The notes: generated from the letters alone by a model not told the origin. 64,000 nucleotides of DNA from Nitrosopumilaceae archaeon (GCA_965203465.1 CBDBCR010000003.1:832001-896000), one strand, 5' to 3'. Positions 48,084 to 58,193 are shown, counted from the stretch's first letter. Numbers and translations are program-made.

Positions 48084-49334
48084 ATGATGGGGCCGTTCCT
48101 AAAGCGCATCAGGGTGCGGAACTTCAAAAGCCTTGCAGATGTGGATCTGGAACTGAACAGGTTCAACGTCATAATTGGCGCCAACGCCGCCGGCAAGTCA
48201 AACTTGGTGCAGATCTTTAAGTTTTTGCGCGACATTAGGGAGCACGGACTGGACAACGCGGTCTCGATGCAGGGGGGCTCCAAATACATCGGCAACATGA
48301 GGATGCCGGAACAGAGCACGGTGATCGAGCTGGAGACGGAGCTGCCGAAGGGGTCGCGCATGCGCGTTCCGGTCGAGCGCAGGCTGTACAGCGTGGGGGG
48401 ACGATGGCGCCTGGAGTTCAAAGCGGGAGAGGGTCGGGATGTCGAAATAATCGACGATTCGTGGACTTTTGACATACTGCAGAGCGCCAAAAGCGCGCAT
48501 GGCGGCGGCAGGGACAAGCGGCAGCCGGATCCTGCGGGCAGCCGCCCAAAAGGGACCGTCGAGGTGACGCAAAAGGGCGGACTCCTGTACTTTGAGACGG
48601 ATCTTGGAGACGATCTGCAAGACGCGTTCGATCGCCACGCGGACGAACTGGACGCCGGGAAGAACGGGCTGCTGGTGGAATCAAGAATTTTGGAGCATTT
48701 TTTCCCCCGGATCTTTAGATTTGAGAGCATTGGCACGTACGACTTTGATTCAAGGCTGGCGGGAACTTCCACGCCGATAAAAGGGATGCCGGTGTTGGAG
48801 GATGACGGCTCCAACCTGGCCGTGGTGCTCAAGTACATACTGGACGACGACGGCAGCAGCGGCGAGTTGCACGCTTTGGTGTCCAACATATTGCCGTTCG
48901 TAAAAACCATCGGAGTCAAGGACTTTGTGAAATCCGTCATGTTTACGGTCGCCGAAAAGCACCTCGAGGAGCCGATGCCGTCCTCGCTCCTCTCCGACGG
49001 GACCGTCAGCGTGGTGGCCCTAGTCGTATCGTTGTATTTTGAAGAGATGCCGGTGGTGGTGGTGGAGGAACCCGAGAGGCACATGCACCCCTCTTTGATG
49101 GCCAAAGCGGTGGAGATGATGAGGGACGCCTCCGAGAGGCGGCAGATCATAATAACGACGCACAGCCCGGAGTTGGTCCGCTATGCCGGATTGGAGAGTT
49201 TGTACGCGATCAAAAAAGGATCCGACGGGTATTCCGAGATCGGTCGTCCGTTCACGAATAAAGAGCTCGTCAAGTTCCTGGAAAACGATATGGGCGTCGG
49301 GGAGATGCATGTGCAGAACCTGCTGGAGTGGTAG
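48084..49334 (+). CDS. ABC/AAA ATPase (AAA_15/AAA_21 type, defence-associated)
   Basis: RNFKS, GANAAGKSN, DGSNLA, LSDGT, VEEPERHMHP, ITTHSP. Confidence 0.88.
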   Translation: MMGPFLKRIRVRNFKSLADVDLELNRFNVIIGANAAGKSNLVQIFKFLRDIREHGLDNAVSMQGGSKYIGNMRMPEQSTVIELETELPKGSRMRVPVERRLYSVGGRWRLEFKAGEGRDVEIIDDSWTFDILQSAKSAHGGGRDKRQPDPAGSRPKGTVEVTQKGGLLYFETDLGDDLQDAFDRHADELDAGKNGLLVESRILEHFFPRIFRFESIGTYDFDSRLAGTSTPIKGMPVLEDDGSNLAVVLKYILDDDGSSGELHALVSNILPFVKTIGVKDFVKSVMFTVAEKHLEEPMPSSLLSDGTVSVVALVVSLYFEEMPVVVVEEPERHMHPSLMAKAVEMMRDASERRQIIITTHSPELVRYAGLESLYAIKKGSDGYSEIGRPFTNKELVKFLENDMGVGEMHVQNLLEW

Positions 49335-49868
49335 ATGTGTCGATCGTGCATGTGTTGCTGGAGGGCCCAGACGACGCGATGTTTTTCGAGTCAGTGCTGC
49401 ATGACGCGCTGGCCAAGAAATACGACATAATCAAAACGTTCCGATATGTGCAGAGCCCCAAAAAAAGATCTAGAAAAATACGTAAAATCGCTGCATGCCG
49501 CAAAGCACGACTATATCGTGCTTGCGGATTTCGACGCCGGTTCCACCTGCTACAGCTGGCGAAAAGAGCGGCTCCGCGCTAGGATCCCCCATGCGCGCTG
49601 CGACAACATGGCCGTAGTGAAAACCGAGATTGAAAGCTGGTACCTTGCGGGCATCGGCCAACCCGAATGCAGAATCCTGCGAATCCCCTACCACCCAAAC
49701 ACGGAATCCATATCAAAAAAAGAGTTTGAGCGGATGCGCAAGGACTCAAGATCCGCGTCCAGAATAGTGTTCATGAAAAAAATACTCGCCATGTTTGATG
49801 CCGAGGGCGAAAAAGCAGAACGCCTCGTTCGAGTACGTGTGGGACAAGTTTGTGTCCCCGCGCCGTGA
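49328..49868 (+). pseudogene. TOPRIM-like (DUF4276/DUF4435/RloB-like) partner of the ATPase, frameshifted
   Basis: LLEGPDD, LADFD, EIESWYLAG; extra A in A7 (49460-49466) and a probable second shift near 49808. Confidence 0.7.
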
Positions 49869-50027
49869 TCGGCACCCCGCAAGTGCCGAAACCCGCTAGC
49901 GCCCGGCCGTGCGTGCCGGTCAGTTTCAGCGCCAACTCGCAAATGGCGCACGCCGGCCTTCCGCCCCGACCCGGATCGCGGGTCCTCAAATTCAAGCCGT
50001 TCGCCGCCATGGAACCCCGCGGGAGCC

Positions 50028-50711
50028 TCACGCCCTCGCCATCAAAAAGACCACGCGCGCAGAGACGGACATCTCCGAGTCCGGCGCCGAGATGGGCGCC
50101 GAGCGGAGCGAGTCGGCCATGGCGAACGCCGGCCCGGCCCACGGAACGTCGCCCAGATCCACGCTCTTTACGCCCACGACGCGGTAGCCGAGCGGCTCGA
50201 GGGCCATGTCCGCCCGGGCGCGCGCGTCGAGCACGGCCGATTCTACCAGCCCGTCGCGCGCCTCGGCCGCGCGCTCCGCCGAGAGGCCGAACGAGACCGA
50301 GTCCACCCTGTTGGCGCCGGCCTCCACCGCCCCGTCCACCAGGGCCGCGGCCGAGCCGAGCATGGCCGTGCTTATGCTGATCTGGTTGGAGACGCGGTAC
50401 CCCACCAGCTCCTGCCGCTCGCCGTAGTCGTAGACCGGGTATATGCTCAGGTGGCCGGTGGCCGAATCCCCGTCCGGCAGCCCGGCTTGGCGCAGCGCCG
50501 CAAAGACGGCGGCCATGCGCTCGGAGTTTTCCGCGAGCGCCGAGAGCGCGGTGGGCGCCTGCGTCTCGACGCCCAAGCTTATCGACAGCACGTCCGGCGG
50601 CAGCGAGACTGACGCGGCGCCGGTGACCGACACGGTGCGCTCGCCCGCCTCGGCGTGCGCGGACCCCGCGGCGACCAGGGCCGCGGCGGCCGCTAGTACC
50701 AGAAGCTTCAC
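50028..50711 (-). CDS. SIMPL (DUF541) domain protein
   Basis: Signal peptide; VSVTG...PD, A..A...N, GANRV..V.F. Confidence 0.85.
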   Translation of the reverse strand: MKLLVLAAAAALVAAGSAHAEAGERTVSVTGAASVSLPPDVLSISLGVETQAPTALSALAENSERMAAVFAALRQAGLPDGDSATGHLSIYPVYDYGERQELVGYRVSNQISISTAMLGSAAALVDGAVEAGANRVDSVSFGLSAERAAEARDGLVESAVLDARARADMALEPLGYRVVGVKSVDLGDVPWAGPAFAMADSLRSAPISAPDSEMSVSARVVFLMARA

Positions 50712-50819
50712 GCGGAGGCGGCGCGCCGGGCCGTATTTATCGGTATGCCAAGTTCACGATCTAGATTTGCGTTCCGTATGAGCTGACAGCATCTGACACA
50801 CCGAAATGTAATGCCGGCG

Positions 50820-51774
50820 TCAGGATGGAGCCGCATCGGGAGGCGGTGGCTGAACCGGGGACACGAGTCGATGTTTCATGAACGTCTTGTCAGTTTGGTT
50901 TTCTATGATTTTGGCGGGGCCGTGCTGAAATGTGATCATCGTCGCATGGAATACCGACAGAACCAAGTCGTGCAGGAGCGGATCGTCCTCCAACGATGCC
51001 ACTTCAAGGCCCAGAGCCTGAGCCGTGTCTTTGTTGATGTGTCTAGAATGGCTCTTAAAGCGGTCGTGATCGGCCAACGCTTCCGCTGAGTTTTTAGCCC
51101 TGTCGCCGGCGTCACGCTGCCCTCTGTACATGTACTGCTCCAGCCAAGATGATACCAGATCCTTTGACAGATCCTGCGCACTGCGGCATTGTTCTATCAG
51201 GCCCGGACTGTATTGGTTCAGGATCGGCAAGTACGCACCAAGTTCGTCAGGAGAAGTTTGAGAAACCTTCTTGGCTTTTTCAAAGTTATCGATTATGGCC
51301 TGTACCGGTTGCATGTGTGCTCCGTGCTGGTTCTGCAATACAAACTGCGGATCTATAGGCCCCAGTGACGAGTGCGCTCCCATTACTATTTGATCTGCAG
51401 AACACGCCAGCATAGTTGCAGCCGACATTGCTGCATGCGGTACTATCGCCCGTATGTGACTGAATCGCTTACGTAGATAGGACACTGCTCTCCGCTACTT
51501 CTGCTGATCCACCCGGACTGTGCAGAATCAGATCCAGCGAATCTCCTCGCATGCCCTGCACTACTTCTATGAAGCCGTGCATGTCTTCTTCACTAATGGA
51601 CATGGCCTCCGTGTATGACAAGTTCTGTGTCCAGTCGGACGCATACAGGATCGCGTCTCGCTTGGTATAACTGCACAAATCTTTCATGTACTTTCGTCTG
51701 ACAACGTCGACTCGAGCAGGCTGTCGCAGACTAGATCCAGTCGCTTCCTGCAGAATTTGACCCCATGTTGGCAT
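50820..51774 (-). pseudogene. ClpP-like serine protease (SDH_sah family), split by a frameshift near 51486
   Basis: LDLILHSPGG in one frame; AMSAATMLAC, SLGPIDPQ and SHSRHI in the next. Confidence 0.78.
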
Positions 51775-51877
51775 TAGTACGACGAATCGGTCGAGACTAA
51801 TATTCTTTTATTCGGGTGCATGCACAGCACGCGGCCGTAGCGTCTGACCAAGTACTCGTACTTCTGTTGGAGCAGTA

Positions 51878-52987
51878 TAGTTCTGGACGAAAATTCGTCG
51901 GTTTGTCAACAATTTTTTTCTCACGCACTTATTTACTACGGGATCAGGCTACACCCATGACTAACACGTCAACGGTGCTGAAAAAGGCACTCAAGAAGGA
52001 AAAGGACGCCCGGGTCAGCCTGCGCATAGTGGCCGTCAACATGGTGGCGGTGCAAGGACAGCGAGTCGACGATGTTGCGCAGAGCCTGATGATGTCCGAC
52101 GACTGGGTGCGGCAGTGGGTGGACAGGTACGAGAGCGGCGGGCTGGACGCCCTCCGCGACCGTCCGCGTGCAGGAAGGCCGCCCAAGGTAAGGAAAGACA
52201 AACTCAACAAGATCATAGACGACGCGTCCCGGAAACGGGTGCGGCCGCACGAGGTCAGCGACGCGATAAAACGGAAGACCGGCGTGGGCTACAGCAGCAG
52301 GCATGTCCTGAGGCTCATGCGCGGCCGCAACCTCTCTCCCAAGAAAATACAGTACGTCCACGTAAACCACGCCAGCCCGGCCGCCGTGAGCAAGTGGCAG
52401 AAGCGCGAAAGGCGCGTTATTGCCTACCACAGGCGCAAAGGGCGCACCGTGGGGTGGGGGGATGAGTCGCACCACCGCAGGGACGACAAGTCCAACGCCT
52501 TGTTCTGGACGGAGCAAGGCACGCCGGTAAGCGGAACCTTCACCAACGACCCCCAAAAAGTGTCGGCGCACGGGCTGTTGCTGGAAGACACAAGACACAT
52601 GGTCTGGCTGTACGACAGGGCCAACTCCGACACGTTCATCGATTTTCTCAAGGAAGCGCACAGGCGGTTCGGGCCGCTCCTCATATACGAAGACCGCGCG
52701 TCGTACCACCAATCGCGCAAGGTTCAGGAGTTTTTGCGCGACAACCCGGAGATCGTCTTGCGGTATACGCCCGTCGGTTCGCCGTACGTGAATCCGGCCG
52801 AGCACATGTGGCTAGTCAAGAGCAGATCGAGCGTCTCGTACAAGTACCACGCATCGTTCGAAGACTTTTGCAAAGACTTGTCGGAGCATTACAGGACCGT
52901 GCACTACAACATAGATCCGATCAAGTGCATGAACCAGCGCCCGAAAAGATACGCCAAGTTTTGACGGCGAACTTTTGTCCAGAACTA
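51878..52987 (+). mobile_element. IS630-family insertion sequence with TIRs and TA target duplication
   Basis: Left TA|TAGTTCTGGACGAAAATTCGTCG; right (reverse complement) TA|TAGTTCTGGACAAAAGTTCGCCG. Confidence 0.9.
51957..52964 (+). CDS. IS630 DDE transposase
   Basis: HTH plus DRPRAGRPPK; GDESH, EDRASYH and NPAE catalytic motifs; single frame. Confidence 0.92.
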   Translation: MTNTSTVLKKALKKEKDARVSLRIVAVNMVAVQGQRVDDVAQSLMMSDDWVRQWVDRYESGGLDALRDRPRAGRPPKVRKDKLNKIIDDASRKRVRPHEVSDAIKRKTGVGYSSRHVLRLMRGRNLSPKKIQYVHVNHASPAAVSKWQKRERRVIAYHRRKGRTVGWGDESHHRRDDKSNALFWTEQGTPVSGTFTNDPQKVSAHGLLLEDTRHMVWLYDRANSDTFIDFLKEAHRRFGPLLIYEDRASYHQSRKVQEFLRDNPEIVLRYTPVGSPYVNPAEHMWLVKSRSSVSYKYHASFEDFCKDLSEHYRTVHYNIDPIKCMNQRPKRYAKF

Positions 52988-53167
52988 TATTACTTCGTTC
53001 AGGCCGGCCCTGTCTTTCGACATGCTTCGTATCTTTTCAAACTCGTCTTGGTCGGAGCCGCCCGCGCCAGTGTTTCTGTCCGCACGCTCGGCGACATCCG
53101 CAACCATGCCTCAGGCGGGGGCGTCCGAGTATTTGTGTATTAGCCAGCCGGAGCCGCCCGCCCGGCT

Positions 53168-53268
53168 GGCTTTGTTCGGCAATTCGCATTTTCGTGCCTG
53201 CGCCGTAGCCGGATCGGCCAAAAAACGGCTCCGCTCAGGCACGGATCGCGGAATTACCGAACAAAGCC
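53168..53268. repeat. Palindromic repeat family 2, copy B
   Basis: GGCTTTGTTCGG...CCGAACAAAGCC perfect 12-bp ends; inner CGTGCCTG/CAGGCACG stem. Confidence 0.85.
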
Positions 53269-53312
53269 CGCCCGGTACGCCGTTTATAAAGAACCGGCGC
53301 GGCCCGCCCCCC

Positions 53313-53960
53313 ATGGGCCTGCGCAAGCTGCAGCTGCGCGAGCAGTACAGGTCGGATCAGGACAGCATCGTCACCGAGTTCTTTTTCCCGTGCCTTGGCG
53401 CCTGCATAGAATACGACAGGTGCGTAAAGTACGCCTCGCTAAAGAGCCTGACCGCGCTGGCCATGGGCTTTGACAACTTTGCCGGCAACGGGGCAAAGAT
53501 GAGGATAATCACAGGCCACCGGTTCGGTGCCTACGACCTCGAGACCATGTCGGGTATGTTCGGCTCCAAGCGGCAGGCCTCCAAGGACATACGCGACGCA
53601 AAGCTGGCCATGCTCAAGAGGATAATAGACAACGGCCAGCTCGAGATGAAGGTGGCAGTCTCGGGCTCGGAGGGGGTGAGCGGCTCGTTCTCGGAGAGCA
53701 CCGGCATATTCAGGGACGGCCGCGACGACGCGGTGGCCTTTACGGGCACGTCCAGCGAGATGATCAGCGCGCCGGGCAGCGACTTCGAGTCTATCGATGT
53801 CTTTACGTCCTGGAACGACGGCTCGCGCGTGGAGGCAAAGTCGCGCACCTTCGAGGACCTGTGGGCCGGCAGGATAGGCCACCTCGACGTGGTCGATTTC
53901 GGCGAGGCCATCAGGAACAACGTGGCAAAGTACTCCATGAAGTGGGCGCTGGGCCACTAG
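53313..53960 (+). CDS. Stand-alone, degenerate PLD-like domain related to the N-terminus of PLD-helicase restriction proteins
   Basis: YRSD.D.IV.EFF.PCL...YDR; GIF.D....VAFTG; FESIDVF.SW; expected HxK reads SES. Confidence 0.6.
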   Translation: MGLRKLQLREQYRSDQDSIVTEFFFPCLGACIEYDRCVKYASLKSLTALAMGFDNFAGNGAKMRIITGHRFGAYDLETMSGMFGSKRQASKDIRDAKLAMLKRIIDNGQLEMKVAVSGSEGVSGSFSESTGIFRDGRDDAVAFTGTSSEMISAPGSDFESIDVFTSWNDGSRVEAKSRTFEDLWAGRIGHLDVVDFGEAIRNNVAKYSMKWALGH

Positions 53961-54493
53961 CGCCGGTTCTGCGGGAACGAGGCGCGCGACATGCGGTAGT
54001 ATATGACCTCGCCGCGCCGCTCGAGCACGGCGATGACCGGCTCCTTGCCCATGCGCGTGATCTCGGATATCTTCCTCTGCAGCTGTCCTATCTTCTCGCT
54101 CTGCCCCTCGTTGAGCGCGAAGACCAGGTAGCGCGCGCCCCGCCTGCCGAACTGGCCGCGCTCGTACACCCTAAAGTCCGAGCCGAACCCGAACCCGTCC
54201 TTGACCACGTAGCCGCGCGAGCACAGGTCGCGGTACACCAGGAACTTGGTCAGCGCGCCCGGATCGCGCGCCGAGCTGAGCCGGACCAGCTCCTCGAACT
54301 CGACGCGCCTGCCCCCCGAGCGCAGCAGCAGGCGCCCCTCGTAGACCAGGTAGAGCGCCTCGGAGGGCAGCAGGACGAGGCGGCCGCCCGAGTGCTCGCC
54401 GTGGCCGCGCGCCTCCAGCTCCGAGACGGCGGCCCCGTCGCGCACCACCGCCTCGCCCCTTTCCAGAACCCCCTCCAGCCGCGGCCCGTCCAC
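53957..54493 (-). CDS. endA: tRNA-intron endonuclease
   Basis: EALYL, VYRDL..RGY.VK.GFGFGSDFRVY. Confidence 0.9.
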   Translation of the reverse strand: MDGPRLEGVLERGEAVVRDGAAVSELEARGHGEHSGGRLVLLPSEALYLVYEGRLLLRSGGRRVEFEELVRLSSARDPGALTKFLVYRDLCSRGYVVKDGFGFGSDFRVYERGQFGRRGARYLVFALNEGQSEKIGQLQRKISEITRMGKEPVIAVLERRGEVIYYRMSRASFPQNRR

Positions 54494-54556
54494 GGCCCCC
54501 CTCCCGGCCCGTCCATATATCACCGTTAAAATAAGGCCCCCGGCGCCCCTGCGCCC

Positions 54557-55054
54557 GTGCACGGCGCCAACTACCGCAGATCCAACGGCCAGGCCTACGC
54601 CCAAAAGACGTACATAAAGGGCAAGCCCCAGCACAAGATAGCAAAGTTCCACGGGGGCAAGAGGGGCGCCTACGACGTGCTGGTGCAGCTGGTCATCAAC
54701 GAAAAGGTCCAGATCAGGCACACGGCCATAGAGGCGTGCAGGCTGGCGGCCAACAAGAGGCTGGAAAAGACCACCGGCGAATCGGGGTACTTTTCGCGCC
54801 TGCGCGTGTACCCCCACATACTGCTCAGGGAGAACAAGCAGATAGCCACGGCCGGGGCCGACCGCATCTCGCAGGGCATGAGGGGCTCGTTCGGCAAGGC
54901 AGTCAGCCTGGCCGCCCGCGTCCGCGCCGGCCAGGTGATAATGGAGATGGAGGTCAAAAAAGAGCACGCGGGGGCCGCCAGGAAGGCCCTGCACGGCGCC
55001 TGCGTAAAGCTGCCCGGCACCCCCTCGGTGAGGGAGACGCCAATCGGGCAGTAG
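54557..55054 (+). CDS. rpl10e: 50S ribosomal protein L10e/L16
   Basis: QIRH.AIEA.R, RVYPH.LLRENK...AGADR...GMR.SFGK. Confidence 0.95.
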   Translation: MHGANYRRSNGQAYAQKTYIKGKPQHKIAKFHGGKRGAYDVLVQLVINEKVQIRHTAIEACRLAANKRLEKTTGESGYFSRLRVYPHILLRENKQIATAGADRISQGMRGSFGKAVSLAARVRAGQVIMEMEVKKEHAGAARKALHGACVKLPGTPSVRETPIGQ

Positions 55055-55086
55055 ATTTTTAACGCTTTGCGGCGGGGGCCCGCCGA

Positions 55087-55160
55087 GCAGTTATAGTATA
55101 GTTTGGTTATTATGCGAGCTTGCCAAGTTCGTGACCCGGGTTCAAATCCCGGTAACTGCA
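55087..55160 (+). tRNA. tRNA-Gly(GCC)
   Basis: GCAGTTA/TAACTGC acceptor stem, CGAGC-TT GCC AA-GTTCG anticodon arm, GGTTCAAATCC T-arm. Confidence 0.93.
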
Positions 55161-55254
55161 ATTGCCCTCCCTGCGCAGCGCAAAGGCCGCCGGGAGGCCC
55201 GGCATCTCGGGCGGCAGCACGCTTGCCAGCCTGGACAAGTCCCGCATATACTAC

Positions 55255-55719
55255 ATGCTCGACACGACCGTCTGCCTGGACATAGTCAACGGGGCCACGG
55301 GCGGGCGGTTCGGGGAGTTTTTCGAAAGGGTGGGCCGCTCGGGCAGGGTCTCGTTCCTGATACCGGCCGCGATCGAAAACGAGCTGGGCGGATACCTGCA
55401 CCACAACGGCGAAAAGCGCAGGCAGCTACCCATAGTCAAAAAGTACCTGCGCGAGTACGGCAGGTGCGAGGCAAAGTACCGGTACCCGGTCGAGCGCGGC
55501 CTGCGCGCGCAGACGCGCGAGGTGAGATCCCGATACCCGGAGCTGTCCGAGCGCGACGCGTACCTGCTGTACGTGTTCAGGCGCCACTGCCGGCACGCCC
55601 GGCTGCGCCTGCTTACCAGCGACGCTGCGCTGCGGCGGGCCGCCGCAAAAGAGTGCCCGCGCGGCGCCGTCATAGACCCGCGCCGGTTTTCAGATCCAGC
55701 GAAAACAGCTCGAAACTGA
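55255..55719 (+). CDS. PIN-domain protein
   Basis: LDTTV, IENEL, LSERDA.LL, LLTSD..L. Confidence 0.7.
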   Translation: MLDTTVCLDIVNGATGGRFGEFFERVGRSGRVSFLIPAAIENELGGYLHHNGEKRRQLPIVKKYLREYGRCEAKYRYPVERGLRAQTREVRSRYPELSERDAYLLYVFRRHCRHARLRLLTSDAALRRAAAKECPRGAVIDPRRFSDPAKTARN

Positions 55720-56434
55720 ACAGCGGCTCGAAGAATTCCGCGAACAGCCGGGGGTCCAGCGCGCTTGCCACGTGTATGCCCGAGGTCCAGCCGCTCATGC
55801 GCCTCTGCGGCCACCTCGGCGATTCGGACTCTAGGTACCCGGCAAGGCCGGACAGATCTGTCCCCTCCATGACCGTGACAAGCAGCGTGCCGGCAAAGTG
55901 CCGGGCCGGCGCGAGCGCGCACGCGCACCCCTCCAGAAAGAGCGGCGCGCCGCCGCTCCGGAAGGCCCGCCACGAATCGAGCCGCAGGCCGCGCAGCTCG
56001 CGCGGCCTGGCTGGGCGCGGCTCGGCGCCGCTGCCCGAAAGGGCGTACCACGTCCAGGCGCCCGAGGGCTCGAAGCCGGCCTTTAACGCCAGGCTCCGCG
56101 AGGCCGAGTTGCCCACCTGCACGAACGCGCGCATCACCGAGGCCCCGCGCGAGCGCGCCGACGAGGCGGCGTCGGCGACCAGCGAGTGTCCGACGCCGCG
56201 CCGGTGCAGCCGCCCGTCCACGCGCAGGCCCTCCATCCAGGCCTCGCCGGAGCGCACCGAGACGCCGCACGCGCCGACGGGCCCGCCCGGGCCGCGCGCC
56301 ACCCGGAGCGTCCCCTCGCGCATCCACGAATCCCACGCGTCTGCCACGTAGTCGCCGCCCGGGTGCAGCCGCGCGCACATGTCCAGGACCGCCTCGCGGT
56401 CGGAGGGGCGCGCCGGGCCCAAGTCCGCCTTCAT
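55670..56434 (-). CDS. GNAT family N-acetyltransferase
   Basis: GDYV, WMEGLRV....RRGVG, N.AS..L..KAGF. Confidence 0.8.
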   Translation of the reverse strand: MKADLGPARPSDREAVLDMCARLHPGGDYVADAWDSWMREGTLRVARGPGGPVGACGVSVRSGEAWMEGLRVDGRLHRRGVGHSLVADAASSARSRGASVMRAFVQVGNSASRSLALKAGFEPSGAWTWYALSGSGAEPRPARPRELRGLRLDSWRAFRSGGAPLFLEGCACALAPARHFAGTLLVTVMEGTDLSGLAGYLESESPRWPQRRMSGWTSGIHVASALDPRLFAEFFEPLFSFELFSLDLKTGAGL

Positions 56435-56850
56435 GGCCGGCCGGCCAGCGCCCCCCGGATTTTTTCGAGCAGCTCGCGCGCCCCGTCCGCCCGGGCAAGC
56501 TGCACGCCGAGCACGGACCGGCCCCCGTCGGCGGCGATGCAGAAAGAGGCCGAGCCTGCCAGCAGCTCGAAAAATTCCAGCGATTCTGCCGCGTCGGCCA
56601 AAAACTCCCGCCGGCCGCACCCGGGCAGCTCGACCGACAGTTCCACGAAGACGTGGCCGGCCATGTCGTCGAGTATGTTGGCGCCCACGTCCAGGCGCAG
56701 GGCTTTTCCCCCGGCGGCTTGGAGCGCCCTGGCGTACGTGTCCCCGTCCACCTCGATGCAGGGCGCGCGCCCGCCGCCCAGCTCGGCCTCGGAGAACCCG
56801 TGGTGTACCGCAGCGCGCAGCTCTTCGAGGCCGCGCGGGTCAGGCCTCAT
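56431..56850 (-). CDS. Hypothetical protein
   Basis: 139-aa ORF with ATGA overlaps on both sides. Confidence 0.65.
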   Translation of the reverse strand: MRPDPRGLEELRAAVHHGFSEAELGGGRAPCIEVDGDTYARALQAAGGKALRLDVGANILDDMAGHVFVELSVELPGCGRREFLADAAESLEFFELLAGSASFCIAADGGRSVLGVQLARADGARELLEKIRGALAGRP

Positions 56851-58142
56851 TCGAGCCTCGCGGCCACCCGGTCGCCGGCCCTGACAAGGAACGGCGAGAT
56901 GAACGTGGTGATTATAGATATGATGCCGACCAGCGGGAACAGAAAGGCGCTCACCGCGCCGATGTCGACTCCCAGCTTTACTATGATGATGGAGAACTCG
57001 CCGCGCGGGGCGCCCAGCGTGAACGCCGAGCGGACAGCGCCGGCCTTTTTCTGCCTGAACAGAAAGTTGCCCATCAGGTTGCCCCCCAGCTTCATGCCGG
57101 CGGCCACGGCCAGCAGCGCCAGGGCCAGCCATATGTACGCGTCCAGGTGCGTCACGTCCATGAGCGCGCCCACCGAGACGAAAAAGACTGCCACGAACAT
57201 GTCCTTTATGGGCCCCGAGAGCAGTTTCGAGACCTCGGCCGAGCGCGATTCGGCCACGAGCACGCCGGCTAGGAACGCGCCGATGGCCACCGACAGTCCG
57301 ACCACGTTGGCAAGCAGCGCGTAGCCGAAGCACAGCCCCAGCACGCTGAGCAGCAGTATCTCGCGGTGCTCGTAGGCGGCCACCTTGTCGATGAGCGGCG
57401 AGATGAACCTTATCCCGACGGTGAACGTGCCGGCGATGAGGCCGACGGCCACTATCAGTATCACGGCGATGCCCTCGACCGAGACCGAGCCGACCAGCGC
57501 CACAGACTGCAGCGACGATATGAGTATCACGGCGATTACGTCCTCGACTATCAGTATGCCGAGCACCATTATGGACGACTGCGAGCGCACCCTGCCGGTG
57601 TCCTCGAATATCTTTACTATTATCGCGGTGCTCGATATGGACAGCGCCGCGGCGATGAACAGCGCGTCCATGAACTCGAGGCCCAGCACGGTGGCCACGT
57701 AGAATATGGCGCCCATCGTCGAAAAGAGCCCGATGGTGCCCACGCCGACGGCCACCTTGCCGATGGATCGGATCTTGGCGTAGGGGAACTCCATGCCTAT
57801 GACGAAGAGCAGCAGTATCACGCCGATCTCGGCGAACAGGTTGAACGCGACGATGTCCGAGACGAGGCCGACGCCGGCGTCGTTGGGCTCGCCTTCGGGC
57901 AGGAACCACGACCAGAACGGCGAGAGCGGGCCTATCAGCATGCCGGCGAACAGGTACCCGACGATGAGCGGCTGGCGTATCTTGAAGAACGCCAGCGTGA
58001 CGACGGCCGCGATTATCATGATCACTGCAAGGTCGGTGATGAACGTGTTGTGCGGGACCTCGGGGACCAGCTGCTCTGCTATCGTCCCGAGGCTCTGGCT
58101 TATGGAGTGCGGTATGCCGCCTTGGAGCGCGTTGTCCAGCAC
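56847..58142 (-). CDS. Cation:proton antiporter (CPA2/Kef family)
   Basis: Many hydrophobic helices; GYL.AG..IGP, SSTAII.K, LIVEDV, GAFLAG, RGEFS. Confidence 0.92.
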   Translation of the reverse strand: MLDNALQGGIPHSISQSLGTIAEQLVPEVPHNTFITDLAVIMIIAAVVTLAFFKIRQPLIVGYLFAGMLIGPLSPFWSWFLPEGEPNDAGVGLVSDIVAFNLFAEIGVILLLFVIGMEFPYAKIRSIGKVAVGVGTIGLFSTMGAIFYVATVLGLEFMDALFIAAALSISSTAIIVKIFEDTGRVRSQSSIMVLGILIVEDVIAVILISSLQSVALVGSVSVEGIAVILIVAVGLIAGTFTVGIRFISPLIDKVAAYEHREILLLSVLGLCFGYALLANVVGLSVAIGAFLAGVLVAESRSAEVSKLLSGPIKDMFVAVFFVSVGALMDVTHLDAYIWLALALLAVAAGMKLGGNLMGNFLFRQKKAGAVRSAFTLGAPRGEFSIIIVKLGVDIGAVSAFLFPLVGIISIITTFISPFLVRAGDRVAARLE

Positions 58143-58193
58143 GCCCGTGCCGCCGACGGTTTTTCTTTTAAATCAGGTGATCCGCGCCGCCCC

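Noticed and set aside
47690-53300. Integrase-type island with attL/attR at tRNA-Glu
   Set aside because: I saw no duplicate of the tRNA 3' end and no integrase.
55255-55719. PIN gene as a VapBC toxin-antitoxin pair inserted at tRNA-Gly
   Set aside because: No room for or sign of an antitoxin gene, and GC is core-like.
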